From Verrucomicrobiota bacterium (GTDB lineage Bacteria; Verrucomicrobiota; Verrucomicrobiia; Opitutales; Cerasicoccaceae): a stretch of DNA of 64,000 nt. The stretch covers positions 1 to 64,000 of the forward strand of contig JBCBUK010000003.1 of the NCBI GenBank assembly GCA_039818205.1, written 5' to 3'. The position numbers and the translations under genes are program-made. The notes under the pieces were generated by a model. The model ran no database searches. It was not told where the DNA came from and worked only from the letters and a program-made list of their open reading frames with translations. Numbering within the stretch: the first letter of the stretch is position 1; every line of letters begins with the position of its first letter. Below are positions 50,173 to 60,883 of the stretch, piece by piece.

Positions 50173-50985
50173 ATGAATTTCTTTAACTATACGTTACCAG
50201 CGTTATATTTTGGCGTTTCTGCCCTGGTTATCACCGGATGTGGGGGCAAGGCGGAGCAGGCAGAAAAGCCCGCACCAAAAACGTCCGCTCAATGGGCTGA
50301 TCATTCGCAGCGCAGTCACGGCCTCGAGACTTGGTGGGGCAAACAGGTGGTTGCTATGGACATGGACGTCGTGTTTGGCGGCTCGCCAATTGTTGATGGT
50401 GTATTTACCTTCGAAGCACATGGGCCGAAGGCGAAGTATGAGGCCCCGGAGGGGCTTGTCGTATTTGATGGCAAAGAGGCGCACGTTTCAGTCAATCCAG
50501 CTGATTGGCCAATGGCTCGTTTTCATGTTTTGACCTGGCCTTGGTTTTTGATCGCTCCGGTTAAAATGACGGGTGAGGGCATTGAGCTCAGCGATAAGAA
50601 ATACATCATGCTCAATGGTAAGGAGTACCTGACCTTTAAGCAGACTTTCGCGGCCGGCGTGGGAGACACTCCCGACGACTGGTACCGTTATTTCATTGAT
50701 CCCTCCACTGGACGCGTGGAAGCCCTCAGCTACATCGTTACCTACGGGAAGGATGCAGAGAAGGCTGAGGAACAGCCGTCTATTGTCTTTTACAAAAACT
50801 ACCAATCGTTTGATGGCGTCGAATTCGCGACGAAATACGAGTTCTGGTATTGGGATGAAAAAACCGGAAAGCTCGTCGGCGATGCTCCTAAAGGCGAAGC
50901 CACGGTGAACTCTGTTACCTTCTTGGAATCGGCTGACTTCGCTATTCCAGAGGGCGCTCAAATTCAAGCGCTGCCGGGGAGTTGA
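50173..50985 (+). CDS. Lipoprotein, DUF6503-like
   Basis: Lipobox ITGC; HGLETW and GDTPDDWY motifs. Confidence 0.78.
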   Translation: MNFFNYTLPALYFGVSALVITGCGGKAEQAEKPAPKTSAQWADHSQRSHGLETWWGKQVVAMDMDVVFGGSPIVDGVFTFEAHGPKAKYEAPEGLVVFDGKEAHVSVNPADWPMARFHVLTWPWFLIAPVKMTGEGIELSDKKYIMLNGKEYLTFKQTFAAGVGDTPDDWYRYFIDPSTGRVEALSYIVTYGKDAEKAEEQPSIVFYKNYQSFDGVEFATKYEFWYWDEKTGKLVGDAPKGEATVNSVTFLESADFAIPEGAQIQALPGS

Positions 50986-51043
50986 TTTTGAGAACGATCT
51001 CGGGCGTCGGGAACACATGGTGCCCCGAGGTCATGTTAAGTGG

Positions 51044-53566
51044 CTACACCGCCAGCGACCCCTCGAAGCGCTGTTGTTGCTGCGGGGTGAGAGGCGGGAG
51101 TTCGGCGAGTCGAATGATGCCGAAGTTCGATAGAACATATTGGCGGGCGAGCTCTTTGAAATCCATCCAGCGGTCCCAGTAGTAATCTGGGGCAAAGGCT
51201 ATGTGGTTAAGGATGCTGCGCCATTCAAGAGAAGCCCGCTCGATGTCGCCTTGGCGCAGTTCGTCGCCCAGAAAGCGGTTAGTTGAATCCGGGGATTCGC
51301 GCAGGGTCGCAATCACCTCAGCGGCGCCATTGCCGTAGCCCGGGGGAACACCAGCCTCTAGATAACCAGGGCAGGTAATGCCGCGATAAGTTAACCGGCA
51401 TAGATTGCCCAGGCGCCCGCTGGTATTGTCGAAGTGCTCGAAACGGTGGCCCGCGCGCAAGTTCGCAACATCAAACAACAGATCGTTAAGGTCATAGGTA
51501 CTGTCTTCGAGCGCAGCGGCGATGGCCAAGCCTTCTCCGTGATTAAAGAAACTGAAAATCACCCCGCGTCGGGTCGGGCGTTTTTTGCGGTCGATCAATC
51601 CGATCTTCAACCAGTTTTCCGCCGCGGTGCGTCTGGCGTGATCCTGCTCACCACTAGCAATTTCAGCAAAGCTCGGAAACGGATCTGGGGCGACCTCGCG
51701 TTGGGGTGGGTTAAGGAGCGCCTGGCCCTCGGAGTCGACCCGGGCAAATACGACGGCCTTTGAGTAGTCCAGGCGCGCTGAAATCAAATCGTTTTGTTCG
51801 AGCATCTCAACGACGCGACCGCCCTGAGTCAAATAGGGCAACAGTGGTGCGTAAACCTCTTCTAAACGTTCGATCGTGCAAAGACGCCCAGGTGTGCGTG
51901 CATCGGGCATCTCCTTTAGAAAGTGTTCCTTGAGCGCTCGATGAAACCATTTCACCAGCGAGACCCGACCTTTTCGTTCTTCCTGGGGAAAGGTCGCTAG
52001 CGGTACCTGACGACCATACCGTCGTCGGCCTTGGCCTTTTATGCGGCAGAGATTACCGTAGGCCACAGCCTGTAAGCTTTCCGGTGTTTCCAGGGCTGGT
52101 TTCCATTCCCCCTCGACATAAAGCAGGGTGTCCTCCAATGCGATTTTACTGGGTGCGCGCAAGCGCTCCCATTCGCCGGTGGAACCGCGCATTTGTTTGA
52201 TCTTTTTCTTTTCGGGTTCTCGAAAATGGAATTCACCCAAGGAATCGTTGCTGGTGGGAGCAGACGATTTTGCCGGCTTGCTTTGCGTCTTGGCTGGTGC
52301 CTTTTGAGGGGGCTTCTCTTTGCCTAGGCGCCGCAAGCCTAAGCGAAGTCGTTGCTCAGTAAACAAGCGTTCGACTAACTGATCCGCCGCCTTTACTGGC
52401 GAGTCTCCATCCTTGTCGGCTTCGTGCATGACCGCCAGGAAACTTGGCCAATCAACGGTGCTGGCCCGCTTCAAACTCAGTGGGCGTGCCTCGGAGAGGC
52501 GCGGTTTGTTCGGGGCGACCAGGACAAATCCTTTGTCGTCCAATCCGCGCCGACCGGCTCGGCCAAACATCTGAAGGAGCTCATCGGGGCGGACTTGAAA
52601 ACTGCGCCCGCTGTGCCGGTATTCCCGCTCGGTTACGAGCACGCTGCGCATGGAGAAATTGATTCCCGCGGCCAGGCCCGTAGTCGCGACGATGACGCGG
52701 AGCTGCCCGGCCTTAGCCAGCGGTTCGATCAGTCCGGCACGCTGGCGGTAGTTCAGCCCGCTGTGGTGAAAGGCAATGCGGTTGCGGAGGATCTTCGATA
52801 AGTCGTCCCCGGCAATTGCGCGCTGCTCGGCTGTGAGCTCCAGCCACTCGGGCAAGGGCAGGGCCGCACTGAGCTTTGCTGCGAGGGTTTCCGCTTCTCG
52901 GCGCTGCGGGGCAAAAACCAGAATCGGTCCAAAGTCCTCGGCTAGCGCCCGGGCAATCATCCGGGGCCAAAATCCGCGGACGTGATTCGATGCAACGTCG
53001 GGCAGTGCTTGCAATTGAACCTCGTCTTGGGGGACAGGGCGTTGTTTGTGCTCAACGAGTACGGCGTCGCGCCCGATCTGCCGAAGCCAATTGACCAGTT
53101 TTTCCGGGTTGGCCACACTTCCAGAGAGTAGGAGGAGCTGAGTGCCCGGGGGTGCCAGGGCGATCGCGAGCTCGTAATTGATGCCGCGCCGGGCATCGGC
53201 AAGCATCTGATATTCATCAATAACCAGAAGGCCAGGGCCTCGGCCTTGGAGAAACTTGGCTTTCTGGGTCTCCAGGGTGGCCACCACGACTGAGGCATCC
53301 AGTTTGTCGGCGACGTCGCCCGTACAGAGGCCAACGTTCCAGCCCTTGCCTCGCCATTCATAGAGCTTGTCATTGGCGAGCGCCCGGGTTGGCACTGTGT
53401 AGATAGCCTGGCTTCGGAGACCGCGCTCCACCAGCAATTCGAAAATATAGGTTTTCCCCGCGCCGGTCGGAGCGTTGACGACGACATCCCGTCCTGCGAG
53501 CAGGTGATTTACCGCGTCTTGCTGCCAAAGATCAGGAATCCTGAGATGATTAGGGATACCTTCCAC
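51044..53566 (-). CDS. Ski2/HelY-like DEAD/DEAH box helicase
   Basis: APTGAGKT, PTRALAN, IDEY, HHSGL and QMFGRAGRRG motifs. Start uncertain: GTG at 53566 or track start at 53620. Confidence 0.92.
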   Translation of the reverse strand: MEGIPNHLRIPDLWQQDAVNHLLAGRDVVVNAPTGAGKTYIFELLVERGLRSQAIYTVPTRALANDKLYEWRGKGWNVGLCTGDVADKLDASVVVATLETQKAKFLQGRGPGLLVIDEYQMLADARRGINYELAIALAPPGTQLLLLSGSVANPEKLVNWLRQIGRDAVLVEHKQRPVPQDEVQLQALPDVASNHVRGFWPRMIARALAEDFGPILVFAPQRREAETLAAKLSAALPLPEWLELTAEQRAIAGDDLSKILRNRIAFHHSGLNYRQRAGLIEPLAKAGQLRVIVATTGLAAGINFSMRSVLVTEREYRHSGRSFQVRPDELLQMFGRAGRRGLDDKGFVLVAPNKPRLSEARPLSLKRASTVDWPSFLAVMHEADKDGDSPVKAADQLVERLFTEQRLRLGLRRLGKEKPPQKAPAKTQSKPAKSSAPTSNDSLGEFHFREPEKKKIKQMRGSTGEWERLRAPSKIALEDTLLYVEGEWKPALETPESLQAVAYGNLCRIKGQGRRRYGRQVPLATFPQEERKGRVSLVKWFHRALKEHFLKEMPDARTPGRLCTIERLEEVYAPLLPYLTQGGRVVEMLEQNDLISARLDYSKAVVFARVDSEGQALLNPPQREVAPDPFPSFAEIASGEQDHARRTAAENWLKIGLIDRKKRPTRRGVIFSFFNHGEGLAIAAALEDSTYDLNDLLFDVANLRAGHRFEHFDNTSGRLGNLCRLTYRGITCPGYLEAGVPPGYGNGAAEVIATLRESPDSTNRFLGDELRQGDIERASLEWRSILNHIAFAPDYYWDRWMDFKELARQYVLSNFGIIRLAELPPLTPQQQQRFEGSLAV

Positions 53567-53733
53567 TCTGAATTTGAAGTAAAAGGAGTTCGTGAAGCAA
53601 AAGCAACGCCAACTTATCAACGGAGCCGTTACAGCTGCATGACAGCGACCGCTCGTGTCACTGATGCGTCAAATTGTCCATCATGCAAAATACGTGTCTT
53701 TACTTTTTGTGAAACATATATTAAGCACGATTT

Positions 53734-54468
53734 ATGAGCTGGTACTACGCAGACGCTGGGAATTCGATTGGCCCAATCACGGACGAGGAGCTCTATCAGC
53801 TCCGGGTGAATGGCATCGTGCACGAGAATACCATGGTCTGGCAGAATGGCTGGCCAGAGTGGGTCCCCTACGGTCAGGCCCCCGGATATGTGCCCTTAGC
53901 CTCGTCACCGGCTGCAGCTCCTCCGGCAGCGGCGACACCGCCGCCGACAGCGGTTCCCTTGCAGCCCGAAGCCATGCCTGCCAGTCCGCCGGTAGCAATT
54001 CCCGGATCAGAAACTGGAGAGGTAGAAGTATCGCAAGAGTTGGCCAAGGCCGCAGGTGTCTTTCAAGGCGGAGCGCGTTGGTATTACTGGATCGCTGGAT
54101 TGTCGCTCGTCAACTCAGCGATCGCGCTTTTTGACGGGGGCACGTATTTTGTCGTCGGTCTCGCGGTGTCGATTATCGTGGATCAAATCGGATACGGCCT
54201 ATCGGAGACGATGGGGCAGGCGGCAATGTATGGCGCTTTTGGAGTCAACCTGGTGATCTCAGCGATTGTAGCTGCATTCGGCTATTTCTCCCTCAAAGGC
54301 GTTCGCTGGCTGATGATCGTGGGGATCGTTCTCTACGTGGGCGATGGGTTGATTTTTCTCCTGTTCCAAGATTGGCTCTCGGTTGCATTTCACGCCTACG
54401 CGACCTTCTGCTTGGTTAATGGAACTATAGCCCTCGGCAAGTTGAATGCTGCCGGTATCAAACTCTAG
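53734..54468 (+). CDS. GYF_2 (DUF4339) domain membrane protein
   Basis: WYY...GP...TMVWQNGWPEW; Pro-rich linker; C-terminal TM bundle. Confidence 0.85.
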   Translation: MSWYYADAGNSIGPITDEELYQLRVNGIVHENTMVWQNGWPEWVPYGQAPGYVPLASSPAAAPPAAATPPPTAVPLQPEAMPASPPVAIPGSETGEVEVSQELAKAAGVFQGGARWYYWIAGLSLVNSAIALFDGGTYFVVGLAVSIIVDQIGYGLSETMGQAAMYGAFGVNLVISAIVAAFGYFSLKGVRWLMIVGIVLYVGDGLIFLLFQDWLSVAFHAYATFCLVNGTIALGKLNAAGIKL

Positions 54469-54518
54469 AACTGGATTCAACGCTCATGAGATTGAGGGCG
54501 GAGGCGGTTTGTCGAGAT

Positions 54519-55007
54519 CTACTGGGCTCCGAATGATAAACCGCCACTGGCATATTCGCTCCCAAAGGTGAGCGACAGATTCGCGACCTGATAGGCACCC
54601 GATTGAATCTGCTGGGATGTCAGCGGAGAGAGCGGGTGAATAAATGCTCCATAAACGAATCCATTACTGACTGCGTAGCGGGCGTCTAGTGCACTGTGGA
54701 AGTTGGCGTTCAACATGGCATCTTTCTGGGCGTCGGTCAGCTCGCTGGCCTCAGCAATTTCTGTAATGAAACGCATGCGGTCGTGATTCTCATCGGTGAA
54801 GCAATAGAGCACGACATCATTAACGGTGAAGCGCATGGCATTGCCGTCACGCTCAACGTTTTCCGCAAACGATTGGATTTCCTTTTCCAATCGACCGGTG
54901 TCCATGCTTGAGTTTCCGAAATTGCCGAGAAAGCCAGTGCTTGCGATCATGATAACGATTAAGGTGGAGATGATGCCCAGGTAGCGGGCAAAATAGGCAT
55001 GTTTCAT
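54519..55007 (-). CDS. Hypothetical exported protein, YbjN/chaperone-like fold
   Basis: N-terminal TM/signal; DRMR and ANFHSALDARYA motifs. Confidence 0.7.
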   Translation of the reverse strand: MKHAYFARYLGIISTLIVIMIASTGFLGNFGNSSMDTGRLEKEIQSFAENVERDGNAMRFTVNDVVLYCFTDENHDRMRFITEIAEASELTDAQKDAMLNANFHSALDARYAVSNGFVYGAFIHPLSPLTSQQIQSGAYQVANLSLTFGSEYASGGLSFGAQ

Positions 55008-55109
55008 TGAGCGAAAGAATACGTTTTCGGGCAGACTTGTCAAAGATGATGCCAATGAAATTAATCCAACTGTATCTGATTGCGTGGCTCAGTATCGGCA
55101 GCTTTCGAT

Positions 55110-56225
55110 CTAGTCGAAGATCAACAGACAATAGGTTGAAAACAGAATCAAATGGATGAGGCCTTGGACAACGTTGGTTCGCGGAGCGGAGAAATTCACC
55201 GCCGATACTGCGAGGGTCAGAACCAGGAGAATTTCACCGACTGGTGATAGCCCGAGGACGACTTTTTTACCAGTAAACATGCCGATCAAAAGCACTGCCG
55301 GAACGGTTAACCCGATGGTTGCCAGGGCTGAGCCCAGGCAGATATTCATCGAGCGCTGCAAGCGGTTCTGCAGCGAAGCCTTGATGGCCGCCATCGCTTC
55401 CGGCGCCAGAACCAATATCGCCACGAGGAATCCGCCGAGTGCCGCGGGAGCCCCGGCGTTGGCAATCCCGTGGTCGATAATGACCGCAATCTTCTTCGAA
55501 AGCAGCACGATTGGCACCATCGAAAGAACCAGGAGGGCAACGTGGTAGGGGATGCTGCGAATCTCCAAGTTTCCGTGGTCATCATGGTCGTCGCCGTCAC
55601 CGTTCGTGGGTGCCATAAAAAACGGACGATGCCGCATCGTTTGAATTGCCAAAAACGCACCGTAGAGTGCTGCGGTCGCAACGATGATAAAAATCGCTTG
55701 GCTGGTGGAGAAGGTCCCCGGCTCGGTTGCTTTGGTAAAGTTGGGCAGCAACAGACCCAGAACAGCGAGCGGAATCAAGACGCTTAGAAAGACGTTCGCG
55801 CCCTGCAGGTTAAACTCCTGCTGATGGTGTTTCAGTCCACCGATAAACAGACACAATCCGACAAGCCCGTTCAGCACAATCATGACGACCGCAAACATCA
55901 TATCCCGGCCGAGCGTTGGATTTTCCGAACCCGTGAGCATCACTGCGGAGACCATGATGACCTCGATGGTGATCACGGAAAGTGTCAGAATTAATGTGCC
56001 GTAGGGTTCGCCGAGTTTGATGGCGAGGCAGTCGGCATGTTTCACGACACCGAAGGACGACCAAAGCATCACGGCAAACAGCCAGACGAATAGGAACAGA
56101 GTCAGCGGAAGGTTGCTGAGATCCGCAAGCCAGCCCTTGCCAAAGAGCAAAAATAGCCCAGCAGAGATCAGCCCGATGATCAAGCTCAGCTCCGCACGAT
56201 AGAATGGTTTGAAGCTATCCGACAT
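55110..56225 (-). CDS. chaA: Calcium:proton antiporter, ChaA-like
   Basis: LGEPYGTLILTLSVITIEV, APE and GSALATIGLTVPAV motifs. Confidence 0.88.
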   Translation of the reverse strand: MSDSFKPFYRAELSLIIGLISAGLFLLFGKGWLADLSNLPLTLFLFVWLFAVMLWSSFGVVKHADCLAIKLGEPYGTLILTLSVITIEVIMVSAVMLTGSENPTLGRDMMFAVVMIVLNGLVGLCLFIGGLKHHQQEFNLQGANVFLSVLIPLAVLGLLLPNFTKATEPGTFSTSQAIFIIVATAALYGAFLAIQTMRHRPFFMAPTNGDGDDHDDHGNLEIRSIPYHVALLVLSMVPIVLLSKKIAVIIDHGIANAGAPAALGGFLVAILVLAPEAMAAIKASLQNRLQRSMNICLGSALATIGLTVPAVLLIGMFTGKKVVLGLSPVGEILLVLTLAVSAVNFSAPRTNVVQGLIHLILFSTYCLLIFD

Positions 56226-56332
56226 GAGTAGTAGTTTTGTGGTCTCAGACTATGAGCGTCGGAGAACGCGGCAATGCCTATTCCGCGGAATTCAATAATT
56301 GGTATCGGTCCCAACTGGCAATTCACAGGATG

Positions 56333-57595
56333 CTAGGCAGACGGCCGATTCCCTGGAGCTTCGTCTTCGCGTTTGATAAACGGCGAGCGGGTGCCGGTGT
56401 GTACTTTGGCTTTCGGGAAGCAGATTCGGGAGACCGCTTCGTCGAAATCTTTCACGCCGCGCAGAATTTCGACCTCGAGCCGCAGGTAGAAAAACGGTGC
56501 CTGTTCGGGGACCCATTCCGGGCGGAGGCGCACGGCGTCTTTCTCGGTGGTGATCACGAGGTCGACTTGGGCTTCGTTGGCTTGATCGAAGTAGTGTTCG
56601 ATCTCCCATGGTGTGAACATGTGGTGATCCAGGAAGCGGCGGTTGAAAACGATTTTTGCGCCGAGTTTGATCAGAAAGGCTTCGAAGCTCTCGGGTGTCG
56701 CGATGCCACTGAATGAGGCCACGCGTTTGCCCTCAAGAAAACTGAGCGGGTGTTCTTCTTCGGTGAAGACCGATTGAATGTATTTGGGCTGGTGCGTGCA
56801 TTCGATGAACTCGGTGTCCGGCTTGTGTTGGCGAATCAAGGCTTCCAGCTCGGGGTCGGGCTCGCCGTCGCTCTTGGTGAGGAAGACGTAGGACGCCCGC
56901 TGAAGGTGCTTGATCGGTTCCCGCAAGATGCCTCGCGGAAGCATGTTCTGATTTCCGAAGGGATTGTTCTTATCGACCATCAACAGATTTAGCTGGCCGC
57001 GCAGCGGTAGGTATTGGAAGCCGTCGTCGAGCAACAGGGTGTCGGCGCCAAATTCACGAATAGCATATTCGCCCGCCTTGACGCGGTTTTTGTCGACCAG
57101 CACGACCACGCCCGGTAGGTTTCGCGCTAGCATATAGGGTTCATCACCAGCAACATGTGAGTCGAGCAGGACGTTCTCACCGTCGCTGACGATCTTGGGT
57201 GGTGGCGCCTTACGATGAGTCAGCCAGCGGATAAATCGTTTGTAGAGGGGCTCCTTTTTACTGCCATAGCCCCGGCTGAGAATTGCGACTTTACGGCCTC
57301 GCTCGTGCAACGAGCGCGCAAATTTCTCCACCACGGGCGTTTTCCCGGTGCCGCCAACGGTCAGATTCCCCACGACCACGACCAGACAGCCGAGGGGTTG
57401 GTCGCGCAGGACCCGTTTGCGATAAAGGAAGGTGCGGGTCTGGACAATCCCGCTGAACACTTGAGAAAGGGACTTTAGAAACGCACCGTACATACTCTCG
57501 ATGCGCCCATGACGCCGGTCAAACGCAACGTCGATGGTAAACTCCTCCAGGCGCTCCAGGCGGTGTTTCCATCGCTCCTTGAATGACAGGTCCAT
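56333..57595 (-). CDS. lpxK: Tetraacyldisaccharide 4'-kinase
   Basis: [35 protein letters not shown] and TTEKD motifs. Confidence 0.95.
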   Translation of the reverse strand: MDLSFKERWKHRLERLEEFTIDVAFDRRHGRIESMYGAFLKSLSQVFSGIVQTRTFLYRKRVLRDQPLGCLVVVVGNLTVGGTGKTPVVEKFARSLHERGRKVAILSRGYGSKKEPLYKRFIRWLTHRKAPPPKIVSDGENVLLDSHVAGDEPYMLARNLPGVVVLVDKNRVKAGEYAIREFGADTLLLDDGFQYLPLRGQLNLLMVDKNNPFGNQNMLPRGILREPIKHLQRASYVFLTKSDGEPDPELEALIRQHKPDTEFIECTHQPKYIQSVFTEEEHPLSFLEGKRVASFSGIATPESFEAFLIKLGAKIVFNRRFLDHHMFTPWEIEHYFDQANEAQVDLVITTEKDAVRLRPEWVPEQAPFFYLRLEVEILRGVKDFDEAVSRICFPKAKVHTGTRSPFIKREDEAPGNRPSA

Positions 57596-57801
57596 TGGTT
57601 TCCAGTCACTCCGTTAACCGGACAAATGTAAAGCGGAATTCGCGGGATCGGAGTCGGTGCTGGCGGTCACGACTCGCCAGGATCGGCTTAAATTGCTGAG
57701 AAATCGCGTCGTTCCTGGCAACTGCGTAAATTTGGGCTGGCCTGAGTACGAGCATCTGGTACAAAACGAATTTTTCTTTCGGCCAGACAAAGATTACGAT
57801 T

Positions 57802-59043
57802 ATGGCATCTGCTGACACCGCGAACGACGAAAAGCTCACTAAGCAAAGCAAACCCGGCCAGGCTGACGGCCAGCGCCCACAGGACCTTGAGATTAAGGAC
57901 GCCTCCTTGATTTTCAACGCGGTGTGGCAGGAGCTCGAGGATCAGTTCGGGCGTGATCATTTGAATTTTCCGCGAGAGGTTCACTGGCTCAATGGAGCGC
58001 CCGGCGCTGGTAAAGGCACCCACACGCGTACGCTCATGGAGTATCGCGACCTTACGGAGGTGCCCGTTGTCGTCAGTGAGTTACTCAACAGTCCGGAAGC
58101 GCGCAAGCGTATCGACGCTGGCATGCTCGTTGGTGACCGCGAGGTGACTTCGCTCGTCTTTCACAAGCTGCTCGATCCGCGTTACGAGAGCGGAGTGGTG
58201 GTCGACGGCTATCCACGTTCGAAGACTCAGGTTGAGTGTTTGAAGCTCCTCTACCGCAAGTTGAATGACCTGCGGGCCGAGTTTCGGGATACCTTGTTGA
58301 GCTCCCGTTTCCGCAAGCCGCAGTTCCATATTATCGTGCTCTTTATTGAAGAGGATGAGAGTATTAAGCGGCAACTCCTGCGGGGCGTTAAGGCGGCGGA
58401 ACACAATCGCGAGGTCGAGGCCTCGGGGATGGGAAAGATCAAAGAGATCCGGAAAACTGACCTGAGTGAAGATGCGGCGCGTCGCCGTTATCGGACTTTT
58501 AAGGACGTTACCTACGAGGCGCTTAAATCCCTCCGTGAGGTTTTCCACTACCACTACGTCAACGCGTTTGGTTCGATTAAGGAAGTGCGGGCCCGCGTTA
58601 TTGATGAGCTAAAATATCAAAGCACGCTGGAGCTTGAGCACAACACATTTGATACGGTCGCGCGGATTCCATTGGCGAGCCAGATCATCATGCATGCCCG
58701 CCAAGAGCTGGTTAAGCGATTGGACAACTATCAGCAGCAGGAGCCTGAATTGTTCCAGCAGGTGGTGGGCTTGGTCGGCGATAAGTTTATGCCCATTATT
58801 GAGCGCCACTCGATTTCGGGTTACGCAATCATCAACAGTGAGAGCGAGCTGTTTGACCACCCTTTGGCTTCGGCCATGCTCTTGGATATCTTTTCCGAGC
58901 GCGGGTATCATGCGACTGTTGACATCCAGCGCGAAGAGATTCCGTGCAAGATCGATCCGAAAACCTTTAAAATGGAAACCCGGATTAAAAGAGTCGTTCG
59001 GGTGCATGTGCGCTTCCCTGGTTCGGAGATTCGCCGCGGTTAA
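57802..59043 (+). CDS. Adenylate kinase-like nucleoside monophosphate kinase with C-terminal extension
   Basis: P-loop GAPGAGKGT, GMLVGD and VDGYPR motifs; 413 aa. Confidence 0.88.
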   Translation: MASADTANDEKLTKQSKPGQADGQRPQDLEIKDASLIFNAVWQELEDQFGRDHLNFPREVHWLNGAPGAGKGTHTRTLMEYRDLTEVPVVVSELLNSPEARKRIDAGMLVGDREVTSLVFHKLLDPRYESGVVVDGYPRSKTQVECLKLLYRKLNDLRAEFRDTLLSSRFRKPQFHIIVLFIEEDESIKRQLLRGVKAAEHNREVEASGMGKIKEIRKTDLSEDAARRRYRTFKDVTYEALKSLREVFHYHYVNAFGSIKEVRARVIDELKYQSTLELEHNTFDTVARIPLASQIIMHARQELVKRLDNYQQQEPELFQQVVGLVGDKFMPIIERHSISGYAIINSESELFDHPLASAMLLDIFSERGYHATVDIQREEIPCKIDPKTFKMETRIKRVVRVHVRFPGSEIRRG

Positions 59044-59058
59044 CAATCCTTTTAAACT

Positions 59059-59646
59059 ATGCGTTGGTTTGCTTTATTCATCACCCTCCTTTGTGCGAAC
59101 GCTCTTCTGGCGAATTTGCCGCTTCGGGATTGCACGCTCAGTGTTTCCGCCTCCGGAGTCCCGGTTCCGCAGGAGCGCCTGAAGCCCTACCTGCGTGGTA
59201 ATTTGGTGGTGCTCAATGCCCGAGGATTTATCTTTGAGCCACCGGCAGCAAAGAGCATTAAGGCTGAGCCAACTGATGACATTAGCACTCCGTTTCGTAC
59301 GGCAATAAATTACCACCGCGCGATTCGAACCCAAGGTCCGGAGGAGATCGCTCGCTACTGGCATCCATCTTATCGGAAACAAATGCAGGCATATTTTTCG
59401 CGTCCAGAGATCCTCTCGGGTGCCAAGGAAAAGCTGAGTGCGACTGACAATATTGATAGCATGGGCATGCTCGAGTTGGATAACCGCGCGGTGATGTATG
59501 TCCGCTATGGTGGGAGGACTCAGGCCTTCGTCTGCGTCAAAGTCGGCGACGAGTATCTACTCGTGAACGATCCGGGAACTAAGACCTTGAATCAGATCGC
59601 CTGCGCCGCATTCGATTCTGGTCGGGTCGAGATGGCGTCCAACTAG
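59059..59646 (+). CDS. Secreted hypothetical protein
   Basis: Signal peptide MRWFALFITLLCANALLA. Confidence 0.72.
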   Translation: MRWFALFITLLCANALLANLPLRDCTLSVSASGVPVPQERLKPYLRGNLVVLNARGFIFEPPAAKSIKAEPTDDISTPFRTAINYHRAIRTQGPEEIARYWHPSYRKQMQAYFSRPEILSGAKEKLSATDNIDSMGMLELDNRAVMYVRYGGRTQAFVCVKVGDEYLLVNDPGTKTLNQIACAAFDSGRVEMASN

Positions 59647-60593
59647 CGGCGAGATAGCTCGCGGGAAGAGGCATACAGGCGTTCGCTCAAGCGCAGGATT
59701 TTTTTGCGATAGACGATTCCATCGCGCCACTGTTCGGGGATATCTCGAATACCATAATATGCGCCGGCCAATTGGCCATATACGGCCGCCGTCGTGTCAG
59801 CATCTTCGCCGAGGTTCACGGCTGCCAATACGCCATCGGGAAAATTATCGGTACAGGCAAATGCCCAAAGAGCGGCTTCCAGGCACTGGGCAACGCCGCT
59901 GGAGCCACGGATGGCAGGCGGTGCCTTTTCCCAGTAGGAACCGCGGGCAACGATTTCAATCTCACCACATAACGGTTGGCTGAGCCAGATTCCTTGAACG
60001 GGCGCGAATCCCGGCTGCAAGAGGACTTCCTTTTCAACGCCATTGGCGGCGCCGACGATGAGGCCTCCAAAGTATCGGCAGGCATCAATACAGATTCTAG
60101 CTGCGTGCGTAAGCTTACTACTTTGCCCAGAGTAGGCGATCGCCTCTTTGGGGGAGTGAGCATAGTAAAGTGGAACCGGCGATAGCCGCATGATTGATCC
60201 GTTGGTCATGCTACGCTCGGTGGAAAGCCCAGCGAACGGTGCGCCCTCGGCTTCGTAGTATTCGATGGCTGCTTGGGTGGTTTTCCCAATGCCAAAGGCG
60301 TCATCTCGACTACTCCAATATCCAGCGCGCCACCATTGGCGGAAGCGATCGATGGCATCCGCAGGATTGAAGCCGTTTCGGGCTATGAGGCTCTCGGCCA
60401 GACACATTGCCAGTGCGGTGTCGTCCGTCCACTCTCCGGGTTCGACTTGAAACAATCCGCCGCCTCGAAAATTGTTTACCGGGGTGAACATGCCCGGGGC
60501 TAACCCTTCGACCGAAGCACCAAGCGCATCACCCACTGCTAAACCAAGCAGGGAGCCGTAGTAGCGCTCCAGCGGATCTACTTTCATAGACAT
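59643..60593 (-). CDS. ADP-ribosylglycohydrolase, DraG/ARH family
   Basis: GLAVGDALG, WTDDT, NGSIMR, TH and GEDADTTAA motifs. Confidence 0.93.
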   Translation of the reverse strand: MSMKVDPLERYYGSLLGLAVGDALGASVEGLAPGMFTPVNNFRGGGLFQVEPGEWTDDTALAMCLAESLIARNGFNPADAIDRFRQWWRAGYWSSRDDAFGIGKTTQAAIEYYEAEGAPFAGLSTERSMTNGSIMRLSPVPLYYAHSPKEAIAYSGQSSKLTHAARICIDACRYFGGLIVGAANGVEKEVLLQPGFAPVQGIWLSQPLCGEIEIVARGSYWEKAPPAIRGSSGVAQCLEAALWAFACTDNFPDGVLAAVNLGEDADTTAAVYGQLAGAYYGIRDIPEQWRDGIVYRKKILRLSERLYASSRELSRR

Positions 60594-60883
60594 CTTGGTA
60601 TAAGATGGACTGAAATTGCGGATAGTTCAAGAGTAAGAATTTTGGCTCAATGTGACGCAGTGCAGCCGTTCGTCTGGGGTTCACGTGCGTTGTTTACGAG
60701 GAATTGCAGCGAACCGGTTTCTGCGAGATTCGGCCGATGAGCGGAATTTTTTCAATTTGGGTTATCCCATGAGAACAGGATGCCATAATGCGCAAAATTT
60801 CATGGAAAAATGGGGACTCAGTATCATTTCTTGTTGAATTCGTAGTCGATTTGCGGAATGAATCCATTGCCGTCTGACCAGCC

